The position numbers and the translations under genes were made by a program. A stretch of 64,000 bases of DNA from Cyanobacteria bacterium P01_A01_bin.123 (lineage in GTDB: Bacteria > Cyanobacteriota > Cyanobacteriia > Phormidesmidales > Phormidesmidaceae). This document shows positions 1-10,358 of this stretch, one piece after another (position 1 is the first letter of the stretch; every line of letters begins with the position of its first letter). The DNA is taken from contig JBCBZT010000042.1 of the NCBI GenBank assembly GCA_039815185.1, positions 1 to 64,000 on the forward strand, read 5' to 3'. The notes under the pieces were generated by a model. That model saw nothing but the letters and a program-made list of their open reading frames with translations. It was not told the origin of the DNA and searched no databases.

Positions 1-1
1 C

Positions 2-1210
2 CGTGGCAACCAAGCCATGACTCGTTATGAGTTTGCGGCTGGTTTGAACTCCTGCTTAGACCGGATTCTTGAAATCGTGGGTGCGGGTGGTGTTACCGCT
101 GAAGATCTCGAAGCGATTCGTCAGCTGCAGCAGCAGTTCCAGGCTGAACTGGCTCAACTACGGGGTCGCGTGGATGCGCTAGAAGCTGATGTGGCTGAAC
201 TGGAAGCTAATCAGTTCTCTACGACCACCAAGCTACGGGGTCAGGTTGACTCTCATGTCGTTGTTCCTCTCGATACCCTTGGAGGTGAATCAAGCACCAC
301 CTTTGTTAACAGGGCTCGTTTGAACTTTGATACTAGCTTCACAGGTGAAGATCGTTTGCGGATTCGTCTTCAAGCGGGTAACGACACGACCAACTTGGGT
401 AGCTCCACTGGGGTTGCTGGTTTTGGCCTAGCTAACAGTGCTGGTGGCGGCTTTGATGTCGAGATCAATGACTTCTTCTATACCTTCCCAGTGGGTGATC
501 GTTTAGACATTATCATTGGCGCTAACAGCATCGTGACTGATGACTTTGTCACCAGCACGATTGTGCCTTTTGATGGTCCTAGCGTTTTGGATGCTGGCGG
601 TCCTGCCTTATATGACTTTGGTATGGGTGGTAGTTCTGGTGCTGGTTTCAGCTTCGCCTTCACTGAGAACATTGTGTTAGATGCAGGCTACTCTGTGGAC
701 TCTGCTCCAGGCGGTGATTCTACGGTTGGTATCTTTGCTGGCGCGGGTCAGAGTTATATTGGTCAGCTAAGCTATATCAGTGATGGGCTCTTGGATATTG
801 CCGTTGCATATTTGCACGGTAATGCAGATGCTACTCCTACTGGCCTGACAGCTGGTAGTGTTGGCGGTGTTGATACCGACACCTACGCAGGCCTTCTGAA
901 TCTTGATTTTGGCGGCTTCATGGTCGGTGGTTACTTCGCCTATCATGATAATGGTACTGACGATACCACCTCCTACATGGGTGGTGTTTCTGTGCCTAAC
1001 CTGTTTGGTTTGGGTAACGAACTGGGTGTTTATGGTGGTATTGCACCTAGCTACACTAACGAGCCCCTCTTTGTTGAAGGGTATTACGCGATCGGCGTGA
1101 ATGAGTTCCTAACCATTACGCCTTCTGTGAGCTATCTTGATCCCGACGGTGATGGTGGTATCACAGATACTGGGTTCTTCGGTGCTATCCGTGCAACCTT
1201 CACCTTCTAA
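2..1210 (+). CDS. Cyanobacterial SLH-domain outer-membrane porin (OprB/iron-uptake porin family), 5' end outside window
   Basis: RGNQAMTRYEFAAGLNSCLD SLH motif, coiled coil, FSTTTKLRG and RARLNFDTSFTGEDRL motifs, C-terminal F; frame is open to the window edge. Confidence 0.92.
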   Translation, partial: RGNQAMTRYEFAAGLNSCLDRILEIVGAGGVTAEDLEAIRQLQQQFQAELAQLRGRVDALEADVAELEANQFSTTTKLRGQVDSHVVVPLDTLGGESSTTFVNRARLNFDTSFTGEDRLRIRLQAGNDTTNLGSSTGVAGFGLANSAGGGFDVEINDFFYTFPVGDRLDIIIGANSIVTDDFVTSTIVPFDGPSVLDAGGPALYDFGMGGSSGAGFSFAFTENIVLDAGYSVDSAPGGDSTVGIFAGAGQSYIGQLSYISDGLLDIAVAYLHGNADATPTGLTAGSVGGVDTDTYAGLLNLDFGGFMVGGYFAYHDNGTDDTTSYMGGVSVPNLFGLGNELGVYGGIAPSYTNEPLFVEGYYAIGVNEFLTITPSVSYLDPDGDGGITDTGFFGAIRATFTF

Positions 1211-1245
1211 ATCTGAACTTAACTAATCAGATAGATTTAGCTTAG

Positions 1246-1274
1246 AAAAGCCCCGTTGATGCGGGGCTTTTTTT
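1246..1274 (+). terminator. Rho-independent terminator of the porin gene
   Basis: AAAAGCCCCG-ttgatg-CGGGGCTTTT followed by a T run. Confidence 0.85.
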
Positions 1275-1278
1275 GATT

Positions 1279-1383
1279 TATAGCGCTGGCCAGATTGCTT
1301 AATGCACCTAGTATTGCTGGGATGCTTAACACACAAGCAATCTGGCTCGCCTTAGCACACAAAGCTTTGCGGCTAAGGCTATA
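1279..1383 (+). repeat. 105-bp dispersed MITE-like double-hairpin element, copy 1
   Basis: TATAG...CTATA ends, GCCAGATTGCTT/AAGCAATCTGGC stem; near-identical to 5170-5274 (reverse) and 52891-52995. Confidence 0.9.
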
Positions 1384-1479
1384 AATCGCTAATGTAAGGG
1401 CTCGGCTTTACAAAGCTGCAAACCCCAGTGGGGAACCGGAGTATAATAGGGATGTGGCTCAGTAAAATATGTCTTGTTT

Positions 1480-1917
1480 GTGGAACTTTCTTGCAAAAGT
1501 GAATATGCGCTGCTGGCGTTGATTGAACTGAGTGCCAGCCATGGAAGTGGTGAACCGATGCAAATTCGACACATTGCTGCCCAGCAAAATATTCCTGACC
1601 GCTATCTAGAGCAGCTTTTGGCGACGTTAAGGCGTGCTGGCTTAGTGCGCAGCCAGCGCGGCGCAAAGGGGGGGTATTTGTTGACGCGAGATCCTTGGCA
1701 AATCACGCTGTTTGATATCGTCAGTTGTATTGAAGGGTTTGATGCCCAAACCGAGCCTGAGAAGAAAAACCCTCAGACACCTGAAGGCAAGGTGATTTGT
1801 GAAACCTGGCAAGAGGTGCGACAGGCGGCTGAGGCCGTTTTGCAGAGATATACGCTCCAGGATTTGGTAGAGCGCCGCAATGCCAAACGTCAAGTTGACA
1901 TCATGTACTACATCTAG
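1480..1917 (+). CDS. Rrf2-family transcriptional regulator (CymR-like, no Fe-S Cys triad)
   Basis: YALLALIELS, YLEQLLATLRRAGLVRSQRGAKGGYLL; directly upstream of cysK; GTG start at 1480 preferred. Confidence 0.9.
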   Translation: MELSCKSEYALLALIELSASHGSGEPMQIRHIAAQQNIPDRYLEQLLATLRRAGLVRSQRGAKGGYLLTRDPWQITLFDIVSCIEGFDAQTEPEKKNPQTPEGKVICETWQEVRQAAEAVLQRYTLQDLVERRNAKRQVDIMYYI

Positions 1918-1926
1918 CGTTAACTG

Positions 1927-2889
1927 ATGCAGATTGCCCAGAATATTACCCAACTGATTGGCCATACCCCGCTGGTGCGGCTGAATCGTATTCCTCAAGC
2001 AGAGGGATGTGTGGCTCAAATTGTGGTGAAGTTGGAAGGAATGAACCCTTCGGCGTCAGTAAAAGACCGCATTGGGTTGAATATGATTGAAACGGCTGAG
2101 CAGCAGGGGCAAATTACCCCAGGGAAAACCACGCTGGTTGAGCCGACCTCTGGTAATACCGGGATTGCGTTGGCAATGGCGGCAGCGGCGAAAGGCTATC
2201 GGTTGATTTTGACCATGCCAGAAACAATGAGTGCTGAGCGGCGGGCGATGTTGCGAGCCTATGGCGCTGAACTAGAATTGACCCCGGGAAATACGGGTAT
2301 GGGGGGCTGTATTCAACGCGCTCAGGAGCTGGTGGATAAATTGCCCGATGCCTATATGTTGCAACAGTTTCGTAATCAGGCGAATCCAGCGATTCATCGT
2401 CTCACGACGGCAGAGGAGATTTGGCAAGATACCGAGGGTACTGTAGATATCTTGATCGCCGGGGTTGGGACTGGCGGCACAATTACTGGGGTAGCGGAAG
2501 TGCTGAAGGCTCGCAAATCGAGCTTTCAAGCGATCGCGGTTGAACCGACCAACAGCCCTGTGTTAGCGGGTGGACGACCAGGCCCCCACAAGATTCAGGG
2601 GATTGGGGCTGGATTTATCCCCGAGGTGTTGAAAGTCGAGCTGATTGATGAGGTGGTAGCGGTGTCTGATGAAGACGCGATCGCCTATGGTCGCCGTCTC
2701 GCCCGAGAAGAGGGCCTACTGTCAGGGATTTCTAGCGGTGCAGCCCTGTGTGCTGCTATCCATGTGGGCCGTCGTCCCGAGAATCAGGACAAGCTAATCG
2801 TGATGGTGCAGCCCAGCTTTGGCGAACGCTATCTGAGTACACCGTTATTCCAAGACCCGGAGTTGGTTGCGTTGGGAATGTTGGGGTAG
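1927..2889 (+). CDS. cysK: Cysteine synthase A
   Basis: SVKDRIG PLP-lysine motif, [25 protein letters not shown]. Confidence 0.97.
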   Translation: MQIAQNITQLIGHTPLVRLNRIPQAEGCVAQIVVKLEGMNPSASVKDRIGLNMIETAEQQGQITPGKTTLVEPTSGNTGIALAMAAAAKGYRLILTMPETMSAERRAMLRAYGAELELTPGNTGMGGCIQRAQELVDKLPDAYMLQQFRNQANPAIHRLTTAEEIWQDTEGTVDILIAGVGTGGTITGVAEVLKARKSSFQAIAVEPTNSPVLAGGRPGPHKIQGIGAGFIPEVLKVELIDEVVAVSDEDAIAYGRRLAREEGLLSGISSGAALCAAIHVGRRPENQDKLIVMVQPSFGERYLSTPLFQDPELVALGMLG

Positions 2890-2957
2890 TGATCTCTCGC
2901 TGCTTTCTTTAAGATGTGGAGAGAGGTTTTTAAGCGTCCCGATTGGGATGTGGATGT

Positions 2958-3686
2958 ATGCCCCAGGGTACGAGTACCAGCCACTATCACACGCTGGATG
3001 TGTCTGAAACAGCGACTCAGGCGGAGATTAAGCAGGCCTATCGACGGTTGGTAAAGAAGTTCCATCCCGATAGCCGCCATGTCGCTGCAGGTCATGAGCA
3101 AATTACGCAGATCAATGCTGCCTATGAAATTTTGGGCGATCCGCAAAATCGTTCTCGCTATGACCAAGAACGGCAATATTTCTCCGCGGCTGACGCGGTT
3201 AGCTTTGTTGAAACAGACGCTCGCGATCGCCAACAGCGCACCGTTGATAGCCAAAATCACTACCGGCAGCGGCGGAAAACCCAAAAAAATGCCGATATCC
3301 ACATCGAACAGTGGTTAAAGCATGTGTATAGCCCGATCGACCGTTTAATGGGCAAGATTCTCTCGCCGCTCAAGACCGAACTGCGATCGCTATCAGCAGA
3401 CCCTTTTGACGATGAGCTCATGGAAGGGTTTCAAGCCTATTTAGAAAACTGCCGCAGTTGGTTAGAACATGCCCAGGGGTTGTTTAAGTCCATGGCTAGC
3501 CCTGCAAATGCGGCTGGAGTGGCTATGGATCTCTACCACTGCCTCAATCAGCTCGAAGACGGCATCGACGAAATGGAACGCTTTACCTACAGTTATGAGG
3601 AGAGTTATTTACACACAGGGCAAGAGCTGTTCCGCTTGGTGACTCAACTGCGTAAAGCCGTTAAGGCAGAGGTGAGGTCAGGGTAA
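2958..3686 (+). CDS. J-domain (DnaJ-type) protein
   Basis: HYHTLDV...IKQAYRRLVKKFHPD...INAAYEILGD. Confidence 0.9.
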   Translation: MPQGTSTSHYHTLDVSETATQAEIKQAYRRLVKKFHPDSRHVAAGHEQITQINAAYEILGDPQNRSRYDQERQYFSAADAVSFVETDARDRQQRTVDSQNHYRQRRKTQKNADIHIEQWLKHVYSPIDRLMGKILSPLKTELRSLSADPFDDELMEGFQAYLENCRSWLEHAQGLFKSMASPANAAGVAMDLYHCLNQLEDGIDEMERFTYSYEESYLHTGQELFRLVTQLRKAVKAEVRSG

Positions 3687-3812
3687 AAAGGGATGGGATG
3701 AGATGGGAGCTGAACCTGGATGCGGAAGGCTCAATAGTCAGGCAAAAAGCTTAAACGTCGACATCACGTTTGCAGTTCTACAATAGAGAAATCGGCTTTT
3801 ATTCTTTGCGCC

Positions 3813-5174
3813 ATGTCTCTGCCCGTTGTTGCTATCATTGGACGCCCGAATGTGGGCAAATCCACCTTGGTTAATCGCTTAACTGGGGTTCAAGATGCGA
3901 TTGTTCATGATCAACCGGGCGTTACCCGCGATCGCACTTATCGGCCTGCTTTTTGGGGCGATCGCGATTTTATCGTAGTTGATACGGGTGGTTTGGTGTT
4001 TGATGACGATACGGAATTTCTGCCCCACATTCGTGAGCAAGCATTGGCCGCGTTGGCTGAGGCACAGGCAGCTATCTTCGTCGTGGATGGACAAACTGGC
4101 CCGATTGAAGCAGATGTTGAAATTGCCAGTTGGTTGCGGCTGCAAGCGACGCCTGTGTTACTTGCCGTCAATAAGTGTGAATCACCCGATCAAGGGGTGA
4201 TTCAGGCAGCCCAGTTTTGGGAATTAGGCTTAGGAGAACCCTATGCGGTTTCAGGTATCCATGGCAACGGCACAGGCGATTTGCTCGACCAGCTGATTGA
4301 CTATTTGCCGACAACCTCTGAGCAAGTGGAACCCGATGAAATTCGGGTTGCTATTGTGGGACGCCCGAATGTGGGCAAATCGAGCTTACTCAACGCCTTT
4401 GTTGGTGAAACCCGCGCCATTGTCAGTCCAGTTTCTGGCACTACCCGTGATGCCATCGACATGATGGTGCAGCGGGGTGAAACTCGCTATCGCTTGGTGG
4501 ATACCGCAGGTATTCGTCGGAAAAAGCAGGTAAAATACGGGCCAGAATTCTTTGGTATTAACCGCGCTTTCAAAGCGATTCGCCGATCCGATGTGGTGCT
4601 GTTAGTCGTTGATGCCTTAGATAGTGTGACTGAACAAGACCAAAAACTGGCTGGACGGATTGAGGAAGAAGGTCGAGCCTGTGTGCTGGTGGTTAACAAG
4701 TGGGACGCAGTGGATAAGGATTCCCACACCATGTATGACTTTGATCGTCGGATTAAGTCGCGGCTGCACTTTGTTGATTGGGCTGAGAGCATCTATGTGA
4801 GTGCTTTGACTGGGCAGCGGGTGGAAAAGATTTTAGACTTAGTGGATTTAGCGGTGGCTCAGCACCGTCGCCGGGTTTCAACATCGGTGATCAATGAAGT
4901 GATAGAAGAGTCGACGACCTGGCACACCCCACCGACGACCCGCCAAGGTCGCCAGGGTAAACTTTACTACGGTACCCAAGTCACCAGCCAGCCTCCTTCC
5001 ATTGCCCTATTTGTCAACGATGCCAAACTGTTTGGCGATAATTACCGCCGCTACATTGAACGACAATTCCGCGAAAACCTTGGGTTTGAAGGGACACCGC
5101 TACGCCTCTTTTGGCGCAGTAAGAAATTGCGAGATATGGAGCGAGGGAGTGCTAATCGGGCCACAAAGGTATAG
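3813..5174 (+). CDS. der: Ribosome biogenesis GTPase Der/EngA
   Basis: Two GRPNVGKS P-loops, DTGG/DTAG, NKCE/NKWD, KH-like C-terminus. Confidence 0.97.
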   Translation: MSLPVVAIIGRPNVGKSTLVNRLTGVQDAIVHDQPGVTRDRTYRPAFWGDRDFIVVDTGGLVFDDDTEFLPHIREQALAALAEAQAAIFVVDGQTGPIEADVEIASWLRLQATPVLLAVNKCESPDQGVIQAAQFWELGLGEPYAVSGIHGNGTGDLLDQLIDYLPTTSEQVEPDEIRVAIVGRPNVGKSSLLNAFVGETRAIVSPVSGTTRDAIDMMVQRGETRYRLVDTAGIRRKKQVKYGPEFFGINRAFKAIRRSDVVLLVVDALDSVTEQDQKLAGRIEEEGRACVLVVNKWDAVDKDSHTMYDFDRRIKSRLHFVDWAESIYVSALTGQRVEKILDLVDLAVAQHRRRVSTSVINEVIEESTTWHTPPTTRQGRQGKLYYGTQVTSQPPSIALFVNDAKLFGDNYRRYIERQFRENLGFEGTPLRLFWRSKKLRDMERGSANRATKV

Positions 5175-5274
5175 CCGTAGCCACAAAGCTTTGTGTGCTA
5201 CGGCGAGCCAGATTGCTTATGTGCTGAGCATCCCAGCGATACTAGGTGCGTTAAGCAATCTGGCCAGCGCTATA
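5170..5274 (-). repeat. 105-bp dispersed element, copy 2 (inverted); its terminal TATAG contains the der stop codon
   Basis: Reverse complement aligns end to end with 1279-1383. Confidence 0.9.
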
Positions 5275-5303
5275 TAACGGAAAAGCTCCGTCTTGAATGT
5301 GTT

Positions 5304-6248
5304 ATGGATCTGCTGCGATCGCTACCGTTAGGCCTTTATCTCGAACAACCGATCACCTGGTTACATCGTTTAGATGCCCGGGTCAAGTTGGCCTGGCTGA
5401 CTAGTTTTTTAGCTACGCCGATTTTGGCTAATGGGTTGTGGCGTTGTTTGTTGGTCGGGGTCTTAATTGGGCTCACCTTGGTAGCGCGTATTCCCCTGCG
5501 AGTATGGCGGCAACAGATGGGCTGGTTGCTGCTGTTGGGGGTGCTAGTGCTGCTGTTGACCATGGTCACCCCCGATGGTTTAGGCATTACCAGTCAACCC
5601 CGGATGCCCACCCCTGAAGCGATCGCGATGCTCCAAGACGGCTCTGAAGGTTTCCTTCGGGGGTTTCCTGACAGTCTGCTAACCGATTTACCCCAACCGA
5701 CCCGTTATAACTATATTTTATTTCACCAAGGTCCACTGACCATCAGCCGACAGTCTTTGGCCTTGGGCATTCGCGTCAGTACGCTGATTTTTACCCTGAT
5801 TTACAGCACTAACTTATTTCTGTTGACCACAGCCCCTGAAGAAATCACCGCTGCCTTGGAAGAATTGCTCCAGCCCTTAAGCAGATTGGGGTGGCCGATT
5901 ACCGAAATTGCGCTAACGATGACGCTGGCGCTCAGGTTTATTCCGTTGGTACTTGAAGAAGTGCAAAATCTGATCCGGTCTGTTCGGACTCGCGCCATCA
6001 ATTGGAAAAAGCTAGGCTTTCGCCGAGCAGCCCAAATCTGGATGATGGTGGCTGAACGGCTGCTTGAAAATCTGTTGTTGAGAGCTGAGCAGATTGCAGG
6101 GGCGATGGAAGTGCGCGGCTTTACCAGTCCGAATCAACATCAGGTACTTTGGCACCAGCTTAAACTAGACCGTTGGGATGTTTTAGCGCTGCTGGGGTTG
6201 ATGCTGTTTTGGCTATCGCGCCTGGTTTGGGGACAAGCTCCCTTATAG
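5304..6248 (+). CDS. ECF transporter transmembrane component (CbiQ/EcfT family)
   Basis: MDLLRSLPLGLYLEQP, LALRFIPLVLEE, AMEVRGF; the longer ORF-track start (5193) lies inside the repeat. Confidence 0.88.
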   Translation: MDLLRSLPLGLYLEQPITWLHRLDARVKLAWLTSFLATPILANGLWRCLLVGVLIGLTLVARIPLRVWRQQMGWLLLLGVLVLLLTMVTPDGLGITSQPRMPTPEAIAMLQDGSEGFLRGFPDSLLTDLPQPTRYNYILFHQGPLTISRQSLALGIRVSTLIFTLIYSTNLFLLTTAPEEITAALEELLQPLSRLGWPITEIALTMTLALRFIPLVLEEVQNLIRSVRTRAINWKKLGFRRAAQIWMMVAERLLENLLLRAEQIAGAMEVRGFTSPNQHQVLWHQLKLDRWDVLALLGLMLFWLSRLVWGQAPL

Positions 6249-6460
6249 CGTTCCATCCCAAGTGTCAGGGATAAAGCTAACAAAACTAACGGAAAAATTG
6301 AGAATTCTATAGGGAGCCGCTACTATATATGCTTCTATAGACATAAAGATAAGCTATGATCATTCAATTTGTGACCATTTTGGCTGAAAAATCCTAGCTT
6401 CAAGGTAAGACCCTATAGGTAGTTCAGTCCTATGCCTCTTTCGACAGCATTTCAGCTTGG

Positions 6461-6733
6461 ATGAGTATCGAAAATTATCTCAACCATCCCACCTTTGGCC
6501 TCCTTTTTAGGGTCTGCTTGGTTAACGAGAATCAAGAATTATTCGCCACCCTTTACGCCCAGCGGCTCTTTTTCTTAGTGACGAGCGGCAATCAAGACGG
6601 CATTGTGTTTGAGCCCATTGGTCGCAGTGATGCCCGGATGTTGCTGGAGGGCCGGATGCGATTGCTGCGCCGGGCGGGCCAGTATTCAGATTATGAGCGC
6701 TTGCAGTTGACCTATAAACAGACATTTCAATGA
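6461..6733 (+). CDS. pipX: PII/NtcA-interacting protein PipX
   Basis: ENYLNHPTFGLLFRVC...LFATLYAQRLFFLV, 90 aa, upstream of pipY. Confidence 0.93.
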   Translation: MSIENYLNHPTFGLLFRVCLVNENQELFATLYAQRLFFLVTSGNQDGIVFEPIGRSDARMLLEGRMRLLRRAGQYSDYERLQLTYKQTFQ

Positions 6734-7413
6734 GTGCTTTTGCTACCGATCAGATTGCCGAACGGATTAGCAATATTCGCCAAGGGTTGCCTGACTCAGT
6801 TCGGTTAATTGCGGTCACTAAGAAATTTCCCAGCGATGTGATTCGGGTTGCCTATGAAGCAGGGGTACGGGATTTTGGTGAAAGCCAAGTGCAAGAGGCG
6901 ATCGCCAAACAATTCGAACTACAAGACTTAACCGATATTACCTGGCACTTGATTGGTCATCTCCAACGGAACAAAGCCCGTAGGGCGTTGGAGCATTTTC
7001 AATGGATTCATTCGGTAGATAGCTTGTCACTAGCCCAGCGCCTCAATCACCTGGCCCAGCAAATTCCGGTGCGTCCCCAGTGCTGTCTCCAAGTCAAGGT
7101 CGTCCCTGATCTACCTAAATATGGGTTTACCCTAGAGCAACTTTGGTCAGCATTACCTGATCTCAATCAGCTACAGCAGCTCGAATGGGCCGGGATCATG
7201 ACGATTCCCCCGATGGGGTTAGATCAGGCGCAGACCCAAGCGGTATTTGAGCAAACTCAGCAACTGGCGACAACGATTAACCAGCAAGGATTTCAAAATA
7301 TTCAGATTCGAGAGCTCTCTTTAGGCATGTCTAGCGATTATCCGTTCGCGATCGCGGCGGGCAGCACCATGATCCGTTTAGGCACAGTTTTATTTGGTCA
7401 GCGGTCATCCTAA
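6730..7413 (+). CDS. pipY: PLP-homeostasis protein, YggS/COG0325 family
   Basis: LIAVTK, FGES, WHLIGHLQRNK, LSLGMSSDY, MIRLGTVLFG; 4-nt overlap with pipX. Confidence 0.93.
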   Translation: MSAFATDQIAERISNIRQGLPDSVRLIAVTKKFPSDVIRVAYEAGVRDFGESQVQEAIAKQFELQDLTDITWHLIGHLQRNKARRALEHFQWIHSVDSLSLAQRLNHLAQQIPVRPQCCLQVKVVPDLPKYGFTLEQLWSALPDLNQLQQLEWAGIMTIPPMGLDQAQTQAVFEQTQQLATTINQQGFQNIQIRELSLGMSSDYPFAIAAGSTMIRLGTVLFGQRSS

Positions 7414-7805
7414 TTAACTAAATATGAATCGAACATCTTTTTGGGGAAATTCATGTATACTGTGGACTCAATATTCAGTCCATAAAATCCAGTTAAATCT
7501 GTCGATCTAGGGCTTAATAGTTACTTAGATTGCCTTTAAGTTTTGCAGTGTAGGAATTTCCTCTAGAAATACTGCTTCTTAAGTAGATATTGGATGGACT
7601 GTGGGGTTGCTGTGCTGATTTAGCCACTCGACAAATAAAAAAAAGATAATATTTCCCTTTTCTCTTGCATTTTGATCGAGATGAGCTACACTGACAACGA
7701 CAATTCAGACCTGTTCGGTTCTGAACATGCTCCCTCCGCTCTTTGGATTGTTTCAATCTAAGAGAAAGGTGCCAAGTTACCGATAGTCACGATGGAGTGT
7801 AAGCC

Positions 7806-8405
7806 GTGAGTAATTTGTTCTCAAAGCTACGAGATTTTGTTGGGTTAAACGACCCAGCAGATTATGAATACGAATATGACGAAATGGATGGTGAGGAGTA
7901 TCAAAACCTCTATCAAGAGGAGAATACGCAACCCGAACCCACTCCTCAACTGCAGGAAGAACCCCGTGTTCGCCGTCGGGTACGTGAACGCATGAATCCC
8001 CCTGAGCCTGGAATGACCCCTATGAATAATGTGATTGGTATGCCTGGAGCAATGAATGGAGTGTCGGAAGTTGTTGTAATGGAGCCCCGCTCATTTGAGG
8101 AAATGCCTCAAGCGATTCAGGCTCTACGTGAGCGCAAGTCAGTCGTGCTCAACTTGACCATTATGGATCCGGATCAGGCGCAACGGGCAGTTGATTTTGT
8201 TGCCGGTGGCACCTACGCCATGGATGGTCATCAAGAACGCATTGGGGAAAGCATCTTCTTGTTCACACCCAACTGTGTTCAGGTCAGCACCCCGGCTGAA
8301 TTTGAAGACGAGATCCCGATGGCACAGCCCCAAACGGTACCTATGCCTCGTCAAGTCCCTCCCACCCCGGCTTGGACAACCGAACAGCAAGCACGGATGG
8401 CTTAG
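7806..8405 (+). CDS. sepF: Cell division protein SepF
   Basis: [25 protein letters not shown]...[11 protein letters not shown]. Confidence 0.95.
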   Translation: MSNLFSKLRDFVGLNDPADYEYEYDEMDGEEYQNLYQEENTQPEPTPQLQEEPRVRRRVRERMNPPEPGMTPMNNVIGMPGAMNGVSEVVVMEPRSFEEMPQAIQALRERKSVVLNLTIMDPDQAQRAVDFVAGGTYAMDGHQERIGESIFLFTPNCVQVSTPAEFEDEIPMAQPQTVPMPRQVPPTPAWTTEQQARMA

Positions 8406-8449
8406 GGCAAAAGCGGCCTGCTACAACGTGTGTTTAGGAGGCAAACCAA

Positions 8450-9256
8450 TTGCCTTTACAACTTGGCATCATCGGTGGCGGGGTAATGGGAGAGGCTCTC
8501 TTATCCCGCCTTCTTGCACAGAAAGTTTATCCATCAATAGCTGTTTGTGTCAGCGACCCTTCTGCTGATAGACGGGCGTTTTTGAGTCAGCAGTATGGCA
8601 TTAATACGACTGCTGATAATATTTCGGTGCTATCCGAAGCTGAAGTCGTTTTATTGGCGATTAAACCTCAAATTTTGGCAAAGCTTCAGCCTCAATTTGA
8701 ACAAGTCGCCAGTCAACGGTCGGCATTACTGATTTCTATTTTGGCGGGTACACCGCTTGCAGCACTAGAAGCAGTGATTCCTCAATGGCCTGTGATTCGG
8801 GCGATGCCTAATACCCCAGCGACGGTCGGGGCAGGCATGACGGCGATCGCAGCGGGGAAATACACTCAGCCCCAGCACCTTGAATTAGGCCAGCGCATCT
8901 TTGAGGCGGTAGGATCGGTGGTAACGGTGCCTGAATCTTTAATGGATGCGGTTACCGGACTATCAGGGTCTGGGCCAGCCTATGTGGCGATGATGATTGA
9001 AGCGATGGCCGATGGTGGGGTGGCAGCAGGGTTGCCCCGAGCGATCGCAGCTCAACTTGCGCTGCAAACGGTCTTAGGTACGGCGCAGCTATTGCATGAA
9101 ACAGAAATGCACCCTGCGGTGCTCAAAGATCGAGTCACAAGCCCTGGAGGAACCACCATTGCGGCAGTTGCCCAGCTCGAAAATCATGGGTTGCGGTCTG
9201 CCTTGATTCAAGCAGTGTTAGCTGCCTATCGACGGTCTCAAGCATTGGGGAGTTAG
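8450..9256 (+). CDS. proC: Pyrroline-5-carboxylate reductase
   Basis: GIIGGGVMG, RAMPNTP, GLSGSGPAY, VTSPGGTT. Confidence 0.96.
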   Translation: MPLQLGIIGGGVMGEALLSRLLAQKVYPSIAVCVSDPSADRRAFLSQQYGINTTADNISVLSEAEVVLLAIKPQILAKLQPQFEQVASQRSALLISILAGTPLAALEAVIPQWPVIRAMPNTPATVGAGMTAIAAGKYTQPQHLELGQRIFEAVGSVVTVPESLMDAVTGLSGSGPAYVAMMIEAMADGGVAAGLPRAIAAQLALQTVLGTAQLLHETEMHPAVLKDRVTSPGGTTIAAVAQLENHGLRSALIQAVLAAYRRSQALGS

Positions 9257-9265
9257 ACCAAGATT

Positions 9266-9568
9266 ATGGATCTGCAAAAACTACTGATTCAGCTGGTGAT
9301 TGCTATTGTCTGTGCTGGGTTAGCCAACTTTTTGGTGCCCCGCCGTATCCCTGGCAAGTTGATTGGACTGGTTTTGATCGGATTAGCAGGTGTGCTGTTG
9401 GGAGAGTGGGTCGTCAACTTCTTCGCTCGGCAATATGGCTTTAGCCTAGACATCCTGACGTGGGGTATTCAAGATGTGCCAATCATTCCCTCGGTGCTGG
9501 GATCTACCATCATTCTGTATGTGGTAACGACGTTTCTTAGCTGGGGGCGTTATGGTGGTCGGGGTTAG
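9266..9568 (+). CDS. Small membrane protein, GlsB/YeaQ/YmgE (transglycosylase-associated) family
   Basis: Three hydrophobic segments with GLAGVLLG and IIPSVLGS patterns. Confidence 0.65.
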   Translation: MDLQKLLIQLVIAIVCAGLANFLVPRRIPGKLIGLVLIGLAGVLLGEWVVNFFARQYGFSLDILTWGIQDVPIIPSVLGSTIILYVVTTFLSWGRYGGRG

Positions 9569-10247
9569 ACGCAGGGGGTACGGGTTGAACCAAGGCTGTT
9601 TTGGCAGCATCACCCAGATGAGGTTCGGTACCTGCCAAAATTCTTTCGATGTTACTGCGATGACGCAAAAGTACATAGCCTCCCCCAGCGATCGCTAGTA
9701 GTAGATAGGGTAGGGGCTGTCTTGTGAGTGCCATCAATAGCATCACTGAAATTGCAGCCACCATAGATCCCAGGGACACGATTCTAGAGACCAGCACGAC
9801 AGTGGCAAAAATTGCCATAACCCCTAACCCAATAGGCCAAGCGATCGCCAGTAAAACTCCCAGGCCAGAGGCGGCTGATTTACCCCCCTTAAAGTTAATC
9901 CACACTGATTTACTGTGGCCGATTAAGGCAAGCAACCCGGCAACGGTCATCAACCAAGGGAGTTGGGTCTCAACATTGATAGGGGAATTAGCCCATTGGC
10001 CCACAAAAGCTGGGTAGGCGACCGCGGTCAACCGAACTGCAGCAGCACCTTTGATTAGGTCAATGATCAAAACAGCTAGAGCCGCAGCTTTGCCGACGGT
10101 TCTTAATACGTTGGTTGTGCCTGTACTGCCAGAACCGTGCTGCCGGATATCAATACCCTTAACGGTTTTCGCAACCACGTAACCCGTTGGAATTGACCCC
10201 AACAAATAAGCATTGAATAAACAAACGGCAATGGCCAAACCCACCAT
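9537..10247 (-). CDS. plsY: Glycerol-3-phosphate acyltransferase
   Basis: YLLGSIPTG, DIRQHGSGSTGTTNVLR, FKGGK, RHRSNI. Confidence 0.95.
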   Translation of the reverse strand: MVGLAIAVCLFNAYLLGSIPTGYVVAKTVKGIDIRQHGSGSTGTTNVLRTVGKAAALAVLIIDLIKGAAAVRLTAVAYPAFVGQWANSPINVETQLPWLMTVAGLLALIGHSKSVWINFKGGKSAASGLGVLLAIAWPIGLGVMAIFATVVLVSRIVSLGSMVAAISVMLLMALTRQPLPYLLLAIAGGGYVLLRHRSNIERILAGTEPHLGDAAKTALVQPVPPASNPDHHNAPS

Positions 10248-10358
10248 GACCGCAGACTCCCTTTTGGTATCAACAGTATCAGTCTAGAGGGATTTGGCAG
10301 CGGTTTTGCGGGTGCAACGTATTTCCTTAGTAAAGATCGACATCAGTAAAGATCGACA

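Noticed and set aside
5193..5303. N-terminal extension of the ecfT ORF, and ORF 52790-52972 with a similar peptide (EHPSDTRC)
   Set aside because: Both are translations of the 105-bp repeat, not a protein family
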